Positions 29,072 to 38,551 of a DNA stretch of 64,000 bases are shown in pieces (within the stretch, counting starts at the first letter, position 1; each line of letters starts with the position of its first letter). Made by a program: the position numbers and the translations under genes. The stretch spans positions 2,336,001 to 2,400,000 of the forward strand of contig CBDDIJ010000002.1 of the NCBI GenBank assembly GCA_965228855.1, written 5' to 3'. The notes below the pieces were generated by a model, which did no database searches, had not been told where the DNA came from, and saw nothing but the letters and a program-made list of their open reading frames with translations. Source of the DNA: Candidatus Obscuribacterales bacterium (lineage in GTDB: Bacteria; Cyanobacteriota; Vampirovibrionia; Obscuribacterales; Obscuribacteraceae).

Positions 29072-30268
29072 ATGGTTTCCCGAGAACATTCTATTATCAA
29101 TCGTAACGTCTGCCGAGCCGTTATTGCGGCTCTTCTCGTGCTTATCTGGAGCACGGGTCCGGTGCGCTGTGAGGCCGTGGCATCTGATTCGCAGGCGAAA
29201 AAGACCGATGTTCATATCTACGCGAATGAGCTTAACATCACCAATCTAACCGTCGATTCCGTAGACGCCGCGGCAAAGCCTGTGCCGCCGGTAGATTCGG
29301 CGAAGACCGAAGCGTCGGAAAATGAAGCCGAGAAAACAATCAAGGCCGTGCCACCACCGCCGGAGCGTTTCACCGAAGCCGCCCCGTCCGGGCGTCGCAT
29401 AGCGCTGGTGCTCGGGGGTGGTGGTGCCCGCGGTGCTGCCCACATAGGAGTTCTCAAAGTTCTGGAAGAGCACAACATAACGCCCGACATGATCGTTGGC
29501 AATAGCATGGGCTCTGTAATAGGCGCGCTCTACTGTGCAGGCATTCCATTGAGTAAGATTGAAAAACTCTGCTCCGACGGCTCCGTGAAAAAAGCATTCT
29601 TACCGACCCCGATTCCTATTCAAATGGTCAAGAAGGCACTGAGACCACGCATCCCTTTCAAAAAGAGCAAGAATCGCTTCCCGGGAATCTACTCAGGCAA
29701 AAAGTTGGAAGAGTTCATCAACGAGACGGTGGGCGAGGAACACCAGCGCATCGAGTCGTTACCCATACCACTTGCGATAACTACAGTGAATCTTTTGGAT
29801 GGCAAAGCGTATAGGTTTACGCAAGGTAATTTAGGATTGATGGTACGCGCGAGTTGCAGTCTGCCGCCGATGCTCAAGCCCGTCAAGTTTGAGAACATGG
29901 TTCTTGCCGACGGCGGAATCAGGGCTAATCTGCCCACACTCACGGCACGCGATCTTGGTGCTGACATCATAATCGCTGTCAATGTCGACGAAAAATTGGA
30001 GACGGTGAATCAGAAAGAAGTACAAGACCTCACCGGTCTTGCAAATCGTGTCGCGACGATAGTCCTGGCTGTGCGTGACGAGCAATTCTCGAAAGAAGCG
30101 GACCTGGTCATTCAGCCTGACGTTGCCGGAATTTCCATCGTCTCCAAAGCTGATGAGGACTACCATAAAGCAGTCGAAGCTGGTCGCGTTGCTGCTATCG
30201 AATCGCTGCCAGCTTTGCGAAAGATCCTGGATTTAAAAACCGCCGAGAAAAACAGGATGCGGCTTTAA
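29072..30268 (+). CDS. Patatin-like phospholipase, probably exported
   Basis: LGGGGARGAAHIGVL, GNSMG, DGG motifs; N-terminal hydrophobic segment. Confidence 0.92.
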   Translation: MVSREHSIINRNVCRAVIAALLVLIWSTGPVRCEAVASDSQAKKTDVHIYANELNITNLTVDSVDAAAKPVPPVDSAKTEASENEAEKTIKAVPPPPERFTEAAPSGRRIALVLGGGGARGAAHIGVLKVLEEHNITPDMIVGNSMGSVIGALYCAGIPLSKIEKLCSDGSVKKAFLPTPIPIQMVKKALRPRIPFKKSKNRFPGIYSGKKLEEFINETVGEEHQRIESLPIPLAITTVNLLDGKAYRFTQGNLGLMVRASCSLPPMLKPVKFENMVLADGGIRANLPTLTARDLGADIIIAVNVDEKLETVNQKEVQDLTGLANRVATIVLAVRDEQFSKEADLVIQPDVAGISIVSKADEDYHKAVEAGRVAAIESLPALRKILDLKTAEKNRMRL

Positions 30269-30403
30269 GATAAAAGTTGTTGGTATCCAAATGGACGCCG
30301 AAAAATTCTGAATTTAGCGAAATGGAGGGGCATACGGAGCGTTGAGAGGCAGTTAATCGGTCATGGTAACGGGTATCATAGAGGTGCCGACCAGAGAGGT
30401 CAT

Positions 30404-32203
30404 ATGGAACATCTACTAGGATCAGAAGGTTACGCTCCACTCGGAATGTGTTTCAAGTGGGATGCAACTTTGCTTGTTCTTACAGTAGTTGGAAACCTTC
30501 TTGCAGCTCTGGCGATGATTATCATTCCAATCGCCCTGCTAGCCTTTCTTCGACGTGGCGAGCAGTATAAGTCTTTTCACTGGGTTTTCTACCTTTTCGC
30601 ATCTGCATCATTTGCCGGTGGCGCTGCGCACGCAGTCAAAATCTGGAATGTCTATCATCCGGCTTTCGCTCTGGAAGCCGGTCTCGACTTTTTCTCCGGA
30701 GTCGCATTTCTTTCAACAGCGATATTGATGTGGCCGATGATGCCGAAAATTCTTGCTTTGCCAAGACCAGAGCAGATGGATAAGGCTTATGACGAGCTCA
30801 AAGCCGAGATGATTCGCCGAGAGTCAGCCGAGTATAGAAATCGACAGCTCGCTTCAATCGTGGAGTCGTCCAACGACGCAATTGTCAGTTTTATGTTGAA
30901 TGGGACTGTTCTAAGTTGGAATCGCGGTGCCCAAGAACTATTTGGCTATTCGGTCGAATCGACTATGGGACGCGCGATGCGCCAGCTAATTGGTCCTGAT
31001 ATGGACATGATCATCGAAGTTCTTCGTGAAGGACGAAAACTCGACACGATCGAGTTACCCTACACCACCCATGATGGCAAACAGATCTATCTGTCGCTAT
31101 GCGTTTCACCGATCAAAGATGCCGAAGGTAAAGTGGTCAGCGGTGCTGCAATCTTCAGAGACATAACTCAAATGAAACAGGCGGAGAAAGATTTGGTTCA
31201 TACGTCCGAGCAACTCTCGCATTCAAATAAGGAACTGGAAGACTTCGCCTGGGTTGCCGCGCATGACCTTAAGGAGCCCGTGCGAACGATGGCTACTTAC
31301 TCAAAGCTTTTGTCGCAGGAATGCGAAGCCACTCTAGATGAGCAGGGTAAGCAGTTCCTGAACTTCATTCACCGCTCGTCTATTATGGCGATGGCTCGGA
31401 TTGACGACGTATTAAAGTTCAGTGCGGTTCGACGTGAAAAGTTCAACCCTCACAAAGTCGATTTGAACGATCTCGTCGCGCGCGTAACGCAAGATTTGAA
31501 CTCTGCGATCAGAGAATCGCATGCGAAAATCGATGTGCCGGTTGAGTTGCCGGCAATTCAAGGCAAGGCTGAATATGTCTCCCTGCTGTTTCAGAATGTT
31601 CTCAGCAATGCAATTAAATACCGCGGCGAAGCTGTTCCTCATATAACGATCACTGCCGAGCGCGATGGCGAGTTCTGGCACGTCAAGGTTCGGGACAATG
31701 GTATCGGTTTTGAACAGGAACACGCTGACAAAATTTTTCAGATGTTTCAACGGCTGCACAACGATGAGAAGTATTCAGGGACCGGTCTTGGACTGGCTAT
31801 GTGCAAGAAGATCGTTGAATTGCATGGTGGAAAGATTTGGGCCGAGTCTGCACCCGGCGAAGGTACTACATTCCACTTCACTCTGCCGGTTTACGAAAAG
31901 CCAGCCGTAACTGATCTTCGCGTGACCGACAAATTAGCTGACGTGAAGACGGACCTTCGAGCAAAAGACAAACAAGCGGAATCGAGGGCGGCGGCAGAGA
32001 GCTTGTCTCGTGCTGAAGCTAAGACGACTCCGGAGAAACGACCAGACCTTAGCGCTACCGACAAAATCACGGAACTGTTGCCGGATTCTCTCCCGACTGG
32101 AGCGCCTATGGAAATGACTGCCGAGATCAGCACGGAAATTGGCATCGCCGACAAGGTTGATGCTCAGCCAGGCGCCAATGATTCTCCTGCTGAAGTCGGG
32201 TGA
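30404..32203 (+). CDS. Sensor histidine kinase: ethylene-receptor-like 3-TM domain, PAS, HisKA, HATPase
   Basis: IIIPIALL...GGAAHAVKIW...PKILALPRP; IVESSNDAI...SWNRGA PAS; AAHDLKEP H-box; N, G1, F, G2 boxes. Confidence 0.92.
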   Translation: MEHLLGSEGYAPLGMCFKWDATLLVLTVVGNLLAALAMIIIPIALLAFLRRGEQYKSFHWVFYLFASASFAGGAAHAVKIWNVYHPAFALEAGLDFFSGVAFLSTAILMWPMMPKILALPRPEQMDKAYDELKAEMIRRESAEYRNRQLASIVESSNDAIVSFMLNGTVLSWNRGAQELFGYSVESTMGRAMRQLIGPDMDMIIEVLREGRKLDTIELPYTTHDGKQIYLSLCVSPIKDAEGKVVSGAAIFRDITQMKQAEKDLVHTSEQLSHSNKELEDFAWVAAHDLKEPVRTMATYSKLLSQECEATLDEQGKQFLNFIHRSSIMAMARIDDVLKFSAVRREKFNPHKVDLNDLVARVTQDLNSAIRESHAKIDVPVELPAIQGKAEYVSLLFQNVLSNAIKYRGEAVPHITITAERDGEFWHVKVRDNGIGFEQEHADKIFQMFQRLHNDEKYSGTGLGLAMCKKIVELHGGKIWAESAPGEGTTFHFTLPVYEKPAVTDLRVTDKLADVKTDLRAKDKQAESRAAAESLSRAEAKTTPEKRPDLSATDKITELLPDSLPTGAPMEMTAEISTEIGIADKVDAQPGANDSPAEVG

Positions 32204-32314
32204 CAAACGGCTCTTTTGAAAGCGGACTGAAGCGTTTCTCCTAGGCATCAGCAAACGGGTGTTGCGCTACAACGTTGGTGAGATCACAAATCATGTCTCA
32301 CGAGGGGTTTCGAG

Positions 32315-33238
32315 ATGTTAGAAAATATTGCTCAAAAAGAAGTGGCGGCAAGAAACCACCGCAGATGGCTGCCACTTATGTCGCTTGCACTCGCATCAGT
32401 TAGCACCGTTGTACTGGGTCTGCCAGGTTTCGCAGCAGATACAGTCGTGCAACGCAAGATATTAATGACTAACGATGGAATGACTGAAACAACCACCACT
32501 ACTACCACGGAGCGCGCTTATCCGGCCATGGTCAATGTGGACAGAGTCGTAGTTCCGGCTGACCGAGTAGTTGTACCGACAGTAGAACGCGTCGTAGTCC
32601 CCGGTCCGGTAGTTGCGGACTCGGTAGTAGTACCCGCGGTGCCTGTGTCAACGACAACAGTAGAGAAGGTCGTAGTACCGGCTACTCCCGTGGCTGTGCA
32701 GAAAGTCACCATCGATGGTGCGATTTACAAGTCTGCTCTGGAAACTAGATCGAAAGCCATTCGAGCCGTTATTGCATCGAACATTTCAAATGGAACGCTC
32801 ACTGCCGAGCAAGCTGCTCGCTATAGAGCAGAGCTCGACCGTCTATCCGCGCTGGAACTGGCAATGGATAAGGGGGGCGCATGGACCTACGAAAAGGTTC
32901 TTCCGCTCGCTTACGAATATGACCTTTTGGGCACCAACCTGAAGGTGGTCAACTACACACCGTTTGTACAAAGCGGTAAAGTGATCTTCTCTGACGCCCA
33001 CGTTGTTCAAATCGACGATTTGATGAATCGCCGAGCTGGACTGGAAGCGAAAATCAGCATGCAATATGCAGATGGAAAACTTTCGGCATCGGAAGCCGAC
33101 CGCCTTCGCGGCATGCTTAATCATGTTGCTGTTGTAGAAAGTGGGTTCCGTGCTGATGGTGAAATTTCAGACAAGGAAGCGAAAACACTTTATGGGGAAT
33201 TCGACAAAGTCGGTTCCGCTATAGACAAAGCGCTTTAA
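32315..33238 (+). CDS. Hypothetical secreted protein with (D/E)xVVVP repeats and two helical repeats
   Basis: Signal peptide; DRVVVP/ERVVVP/DSVVVP/EKVVVP; GTLTAEQAARYRAELDRL and GKLSASEADRLRGMLNHV. Confidence 0.75.
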   Translation: MLENIAQKEVAARNHRRWLPLMSLALASVSTVVLGLPGFAADTVVQRKILMTNDGMTETTTTTTTERAYPAMVNVDRVVVPADRVVVPTVERVVVPGPVVADSVVVPAVPVSTTTVEKVVVPATPVAVQKVTIDGAIYKSALETRSKAIRAVIASNISNGTLTAEQAARYRAELDRLSALELAMDKGGAWTYEKVLPLAYEYDLLGTNLKVVNYTPFVQSGKVIFSDAHVVQIDDLMNRRAGLEAKISMQYADGKLSASEADRLRGMLNHVAVVESGFRADGEISDKEAKTLYGEFDKVGSAIDKAL

Positions 33239-33290
33239 ATACGTTGCACCGCATACGGTGACAATAAGTGATGGTTAGCCAGGAGGGTAC

Positions 33291-33605
33291 ATGAATAGAC
33301 TGCGCATGTCGGTAATGATTTTAGGATTTGCCGTCATGGTCGGAATGCTCGTGTATCCGCCCTGGGTTGGCCAGGGCGCCGATGGGCAATCTCAGCCGAT
33401 GGGTTACGGTCTCCTCTGGAGTCCACCATCACACAACGTTGAGGTTCCAGCGCTCGAATCCAAGTGGATCAATATCAACTTAAGTGAAACCCGGAAAGCA
33501 AATTCGGTCGACTTCGGCCGATTGCTACTTCAAGAAGCAATCGCATTTGCCGTCTTATTCGGTTTCAACCGGATGCTGAGTGGTGGCCGCTCGAAACAAG
33601 CATAG
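33291..33605 (+). CDS. Small membrane protein
   Basis: AGGAGG RBS; two hydrophobic segments; YPPW...GYGLLWSPP. Confidence 0.7.
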   Translation: MNRLRMSVMILGFAVMVGMLVYPPWVGQGADGQSQPMGYGLLWSPPSHNVEVPALESKWININLSETRKANSVDFGRLLLQEAIAFAVLFGFNRMLSGGRSKQA

Positions 33606-33731
33606 CTTGCAGATCGCCGTCGACTCAGTGGAGTTTACGTGCTGGCTTTTAATCCTACGAATTTCTGTTTCACTCTATTATTGCTGAGGTCCTCTATGGC
33701 TGCCACTATTTTTTTCCAGGAGGATAGTTTT

Positions 33732-34085
33732 ATGGATACGGAGAAAACTCCTTATGTTGATGATGGCGGACGCAAAGTCATCATCATCGAGAGAGACTCC
33801 GGAATCGGATGGGCAGTGGCTTTCATTGTTCTTGCGATTGCAATTGGGTTTGGCGTCATCTTCTTCATGGATCAGCAATCCATGATTGAGTATAAAATCG
33901 AAAAAGCAGTTTTGAAGATGCAAAACGAAAACGTCGCGCAAGACGGCTTGCCGGATTTACAAATCCCGAGCAGAGCTGGACTCGTAAATCCTAGCGAGAC
34001 GATTTGGAGCGCCGGCGAAGTGAAGCCGAGCGCAACCGATATGGCGAGCAAATCGGCGTCCCTGAATGCCGTTGTAACAAGATAG
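33732..34085 (+). CDS. Hypothetical single-TM protein
   Basis: AGGAGG RBS before ATG 33732; VIIIERDSG followed by a TM helix. Confidence 0.65.
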   Translation: MDTEKTPYVDDGGRKVIIIERDSGIGWAVAFIVLAIAIGFGVIFFMDQQSMIEYKIEKAVLKMQNENVAQDGLPDLQIPSRAGLVNPSETIWSAGEVKPSATDMASKSASLNAVVTR

Positions 34086-34124
34086 TCCCTGCGACGACGT
34101 TGGCCGCGCCAATCTCCGGCTCTA

Positions 34125-34787
34125 CTAATCACCCATGTTTTTAGTGAAAAGAGCGAGAACGTTTGCAACCTGCGACTGATACTCTTGAGGGTCGACAGGT
34201 TTGGTCATGAACGAGTTTGCAAAGTGACCATATGTTTTGCGAACATCCTGCGGGTTCGAAGACGTCGTCAGGATGATGACAGGTATATGGCGCAGAACGT
34301 CGTTGCTCTTTATGTCGATGAGCAAATCGTAGCCGCTGCGACCCCCGCGAAGGTTTAAATCCAGGAAAATAATGTCAGGCAGCTCATTCGAACTCGCCTC
34401 TTTTAACTTGTCTATTTTCTCCTGAGCTTTCTTGCCGTCTTCATAGACTTCTACGGTTGTTGGAAGCGCGGTAATTTTTGCCAGGCTTTGTTTAAACAAG
34501 AAGACGTCGGGCTCGCTGTCCTCGACCAGCATGACTTTGATGGGCGGCTTAGCATCATCGGTGGCTTCGGCGGAAAGCATCAATTCTGAGATATTGGTGT
34601 TCAGAGCGTCGGCAATTCCTTTCAGGCTGTCGATGCTTATATTTTTGGAACCGCCTTCAATGTTGTTTATGTAGGTCCGGTGGAGGCCGGCGCGCTCGGC
34701 CAGCTCCGTCTGCGATATGCCCATCGCCTCTCGACGCTTTCTTATAACTTTTCCTATCGCTCCGAGAAGGTCTGATGAATCGGCCAT
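34125..34787 (-). CDS. XRE-family HTH fused to an Rcp1-like receiver domain
   Basis: ISQTELAERAGLHRTYINNIEGGSKNISI; MLVEDS...FLDLNL...LTTSS...MTKP. Confidence 0.92.
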   Translation of the reverse strand: MADSSDLLGAIGKVIRKRREAMGISQTELAERAGLHRTYINNIEGGSKNISIDSLKGIADALNTNISELMLSAEATDDAKPPIKVMLVEDSEPDVFLFKQSLAKITALPTTVEVYEDGKKAQEKIDKLKEASSNELPDIIFLDLNLRGGRSGYDLLIDIKSNDVLRHIPVIILTTSSNPQDVRKTYGHFANSFMTKPVDPQEYQSQVANVLALFTKNMGD

Positions 34788-34820
34788 GGTCGCAATTCCT
34801 TATATATGTGCGTGTTTCTA

Positions 34821-35038
34821 TGTAGAGTATACCCTACAAAGCCCATGCAGTCACTGTTTGTAGTTTAGAATCACTGTTCTTGTATTTTAAAAACTGCTGG
34901 CGCTGTCTCTTTGTTTACGCCTGGTTTCCTGTAGGTGAGTATCCGTGGGCTGTTGGGTTCAAGGTTAATGTATTGAACTGTAGTGTGAATTCTACAAAAA
35001 CGTTGACACATGTATTCTCGTGTAGTATATTTAGTACA
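34821..35038. promoter_or_regulatory. Divergent promoters with three TGTAG-N8-(C/G)TACA palindromic sites
   Basis: Sites at 34821-34838, 34979-34996 and 35021-35038; TTGACA(35003)-17-TATATT(35026) on plus; GTGACT-17-TATACT (34854-34826) on minus. Confidence 0.7.
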
Positions 35039-35149
35039 GTAGGCGGTTGGGGCAAGTAGGCTAAACCAATTACGGAATTAAGCGGAAGCCGAGAGCGAAT
35101 GGGCGTATCCATTCGGTGGCTTTGCTGCGAACATCCCAGGAGGTCAGTT

Positions 35150-36130
35150 ATGTCAGCGCTAAGCGGAAAGCGTTATGTTGAAGATTATAATGAACAGAAC
35201 GAGTTCAACTCTTCTGACAGCGCAGTCGTTCCATTCTCGCGAACTCAAGCCGACGACATCGAGCATGCGTCCAACGTTCGAGTCTTCGACAAAAGAAAAA
35301 GTCATCAGCCCGTTAAGAGCTACATGGATACTATCGGGCACATCAAAGCGCTTTCGGTAGAAGAAGAAAGAGAGCTCGTTGTTTTGGCAAAGAAAGGCGA
35401 TCAGCGCGCGCGAAACGTCCTGACTCTTGCTAATTTAAAGTTGGTGGCATCGATCGCGAAACGGTATGAAGACCGGGGTCTCCCCATGATCGATTTGTTA
35501 CAGGAAGGCAGTATTGGTTTGATGTCTGCCGTGAAGAAGTTCGACCCTCAACTCGGTCATCGATTTTCAACTTACGCTGCATGGTGGATCAGAGAAGCAA
35601 TCACTCGCGCTCTGTCGAACAAATCGAGAGTAGTTCGATTACCTGTTCATTTGAATGAATTGATGACTAAGGTACGTCGCGTGCGTAGTTCGCTTGCCGT
35701 CAAGTACGGACGCCAGCCTACCACTCAAGAAATTGCCGACGATCTGCAAGAGAGTCTGGAGAAAGTCGAAAAGGCGCTAAACAGCTCTCAACCATGTTTG
35801 TCGCTCGATCAAAAAGTTTCCACTGCCGACGACGAGGGTTGCACTCTCGGTGAAACCATCATGGATGAAGACGGTGCGACGCCAGTCGATGAGGCCGACA
35901 CTCACTATGTTTCTTCGCAGATCAGCACGCTGCTTTCGAGCTTGAACGAGAAGGAGCGTAAGGTCGTTAGAATGCGATTCGGACTCGGTACTGGTGAAGA
36001 GAAATCGCTTAGAGAGATCAGTGCAGAGATGGGTCTCACTCGCGACCAAGTTGGAAAAATCTCGTGCCTCGCAATGAGAAAACTCAAAAAGTTAGCCCGG
36101 AGAGAAGAGTTTGAAGGCTATCTCGCCTAA
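35150..36130 (+). CDS. Sigma-70 family factor, RpoD/RpoS-like without region 1.1 (group 2-like)
   Basis: ANLKLVASIAKRY, DLLQEGSIGL, RFSTYAAWWIREAI, VRLPVH, region 4 SLREISAEMGLTRDQV; AGGAGG RBS. Confidence 0.93.
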   Translation: MSALSGKRYVEDYNEQNEFNSSDSAVVPFSRTQADDIEHASNVRVFDKRKSHQPVKSYMDTIGHIKALSVEEERELVVLAKKGDQRARNVLTLANLKLVASIAKRYEDRGLPMIDLLQEGSIGLMSAVKKFDPQLGHRFSTYAAWWIREAITRALSNKSRVVRLPVHLNELMTKVRRVRSSLAVKYGRQPTTQEIADDLQESLEKVEKALNSSQPCLSLDQKVSTADDEGCTLGETIMDEDGATPVDEADTHYVSSQISTLLSSLNEKERKVVRMRFGLGTGEEKSLREISAEMGLTRDQVGKISCLAMRKLKKLARREEFEGYLA

Positions 36131-36149
36131 GGACTCAGCCTGAGAGAGA

Positions 36150-36203
36150 AAATCAGATGCCCGCGACTGCTTACACGGATGGCAGTCAGCGGGCGACTGA
36201 TTT
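36150..36203 (+). terminator. Stem-loop after the sigma gene, possible terminator
   Basis: AAATCAG..GCCCGC.GACTGC / GCAGTC.GCGGGC..CTGATTT interrupted inverted repeat. Confidence 0.5.
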
Positions 36204-36450
36204 GTGGACGTTCTCTGGAAACTGACAGCCAGACTAGTTTTGAACAGATCTTTGAACATCCTACTCAAAACTGTTCAAAACCTCGAAACAGTTTTTGCTT
36301 TCTTGGTTCGATGGCGCAACCACCAGCACCTGATGTAGTGGCGTTGTGATCGGAAGTCGGGTAAATCAGCACAGAGACAGCCGCTCTGCGCTATGTATTC
36401 AGTGTCAAGGGTTACATAATGATACCAACGATAGTGTCTTGGAGGTAAAG

Positions 36451-36843
36451 ATGGTTTTCTTAATTAGACTGGTTCTGCTAGCACTAGCGTTCCAATTCAT
36501 TCTGCCAATGATTCCTGGAATCCAGGTACATGGCGGCTTTGTGACATCCTTGCTCCTGGCTCTGATGTTCTCCATTTTGGGCGTTGTAGTAAGTTGGGTC
36601 GCTGCGCTTATCACTGCATTCCTCGCGATTGGAACGCTGGGGCTTGCGCTGATCGTTCTAATACCACTGTGGCTGGTCGGCTTCTGGCTTCTTCCAGCAT
36701 ACACACTGATGTTGACTTCAGACATGATGCCAACGTACCTGAGTGTAGCCGGTTGGACTCCAGCCATCCTCGGCGGTTTGCTTACGCTGATTATCGGTAT
36801 TGCCACCGATTCTGATAACTTCAGGAAATCGAGAGCTGTATAG
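36451..36843 (+). CDS. 4-TM phage-holin-superfamily (YvlD-like) membrane protein
   Basis: IPGIQVHGGF...TLGLALI...LSVAGWTPAILGGL pattern; GGAGG RBS. Confidence 0.75.
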   Translation: MVFLIRLVLLALAFQFILPMIPGIQVHGGFVTSLLLALMFSILGVVVSWVAALITAFLAIGTLGLALIVLIPLWLVGFWLLPAYTLMLTSDMMPTYLSVAGWTPAILGGLLTLIIGIATDSDNFRKSRAV

Positions 36844-37075
36844 ATTATTTTAGAAACAGGTATCGAGCCAAGTTTGAAGATGTGTTCGGGATCCATAGAG
36901 AGCTGCAAGTATGCAGCTCTTTTTGTTTCAACAGAACTGACCATGGTGCTTCGCACTTTACGCTCACTCATGTACACACACACATACAACAGATACTTAC
37001 GAGCTAAACTAGCTACCCAGCCCCCTATTTTTCTTAGTAATCGTTTTCCTAGCATTATTCTATGTATGTGCATAT

Positions 37076-37117
37076 AAATGCGAGAGGAGACGCCTATCGG
37101 CTTCTCCTCTTGCATTT
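37076..37117. terminator. Probable bidirectional terminator
   Basis: AAATGCGAGAGGAGA...TCTCCTCTTGCATTT inverted repeat between convergent genes. Confidence 0.65.
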
Positions 37118-37227
37118 GGGCGGGGTATATTTGTTGTGCTTCGCTATCGTTGCGAATTTGGGGTCCGGTTATGGTCGACTTCTTAGTGAATAACCGTTAA
37201 CAAACGCACCGCATGTGGTATCGTTAG

Positions 37228-37482
37228 TTAAACTCTCGAGCGTCCGATCAGTGACATCAAGAAGATCAGAAGTGCTGAGCCGAGAATTGCCGGGAGCAGC
37301 GAAACGCCTGCCAGAGCCGGTCCAACAGAACCCATCAGGGCACCACCAATCCAGGCACCAATAATGCCTACGACAACGGCGGCGAGAAATCCACCAGGAA
37401 TTCGTCCTGGCGCGATATAGTCAGCGATACCTGCGCAGACCGCTGCAACCAGACAGTAGAACAAAAATCCTAGTATACTCAT
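37228..37482 (-). CDS. GlsB/YeaQ/YmgE (transglycosylase-associated) stress membrane protein
   Basis: IAPGRIPGGFLAAVVVGIIGAWIGG...PAILGSALLIF; GGAGG RBS. Confidence 0.9.
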   Translation of the reverse strand: MSILGFLFYCLVAAVCAGIADYIAPGRIPGGFLAAVVVGIIGAWIGGALMGSVGPALAGVSLLPAILGSALLIFLMSLIGRSRV

Positions 37483-37617
37483 AACGCCTCCAGTAATGTG
37501 GTTTGAACGTGCCTTAACGAGTGTTTAGTAGCACTGTCGTTGCAAACCGTTGCCGGATGTAGGCGTCCTTTGTCGCTGAAGCGGCGCTTTCTAAGGCGTT
37601 TTACGCCGTAGCTGCTC

Positions 37618-38496
37618 CTATGGATTATTGGCTGGATTGGAATAATTTCTATCCCGCGACTGACCCATGTCCTGGTTGTGATTAGTGTAGTATTTCGGTC
37701 CCCAGTTTTTCTCACCAGCTTCCCAGCGTCCCCTCATCTCCTTATAAATCACATCGCGCTGTTCATACAATTTACGCCGAAGAGTGGCGTCCTGGCGCTG
37801 TTCTCTGGGAAGCATGTCGACAGCATTTGCGAACCACTTATTGGCTTTTTCGCGAAATAACGAATCGCTGCCTTTCTCTTTGCCAACCCACTTAACGCGA
37901 ATAATTTCGACATCCTCGTCGGCAGGTGGTTTCGGTTTCTTCGGTCTATATGCCTGCATCTTACTGCTGTCACTAACCTGGTTGCGAATGCTCCTGCAAA
38001 TCGCGTCCAGTTTCGATTTCACCTCTTCCTCCGGTGCGCCTGATTTGACGGCATTTTCCATGTCGTCCCAGGCAGGTATATATGCGCCCAAACCGACGCC
38101 GCGCTCTCTGGCCGTCAGCAGCCATTTTCGAACGTTCTTCCGATCCGTCTCATAAGGTCCCGGAGAGGCTTCGCTCGGCTCAAGTGTTGATGCCGCAGAA
38201 GATGCGCTCACAGGCGACCCTGCCTTAGCTGGTATTGCAGCGGTCGGCTCCGCATGAGGTGGAGGAACCTGTGAACCTGTCGGAGAGGTCACTGGTGATG
38301 TCGAAGGCTTTGTCGCAGAGGTCGACACTTCACCGTTGAGTTTGGTTTCCGTGGGAGGAGCCAACGGAGCGCTTGATGGGACCGCGGGAAAGCTCGTGCT
38401 TTGCGGTTTCGGCACATCTGTGACTTCGGCGGTCGCGGCGTAGGCCGGAGCGCATGCTAGAGAAAGGATGAGCGCAAGGTTTCGGGCTTTTCTCAT
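37618..38496 (-). CDS. Hypothetical secreted protein with P/S/T-rich linker
   Basis: Signal peptide MRKARNLALIL...AYA; low-complexity linker; charged helical C-terminus. Confidence 0.7.
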   Translation of the reverse strand: MRKARNLALILSLACAPAYAATAEVTDVPKPQSTSFPAVPSSAPLAPPTETKLNGEVSTSATKPSTSPVTSPTGSQVPPPHAEPTAAIPAKAGSPVSASSAASTLEPSEASPGPYETDRKNVRKWLLTARERGVGLGAYIPAWDDMENAVKSGAPEEEVKSKLDAICRSIRNQVSDSSKMQAYRPKKPKPPADEDVEIIRVKWVGKEKGSDSLFREKANKWFANAVDMLPREQRQDATLRRKLYEQRDVIYKEMRGRWEAGEKNWGPKYYTNHNQDMGQSRDRNYSNPANNP

Positions 38497-38551
38497 GGTT
38501 AAACTCAAAAAGTGGAGACTCTGAATTCTTTATACCTTGAGATGCCTGTTT

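Noticed and set aside
34821..35038. NtcA/CRP boxes
   Set aside because: Spacing is GTA-N10-TAC rather than the NtcA GTA-N8-TAC.
36451..36843. Holin-family gene as evidence of a prophage
   Set aside because: No endolysin, integrase or structural genes nearby; YvlD-like proteins are common chromosomal membrane proteins.
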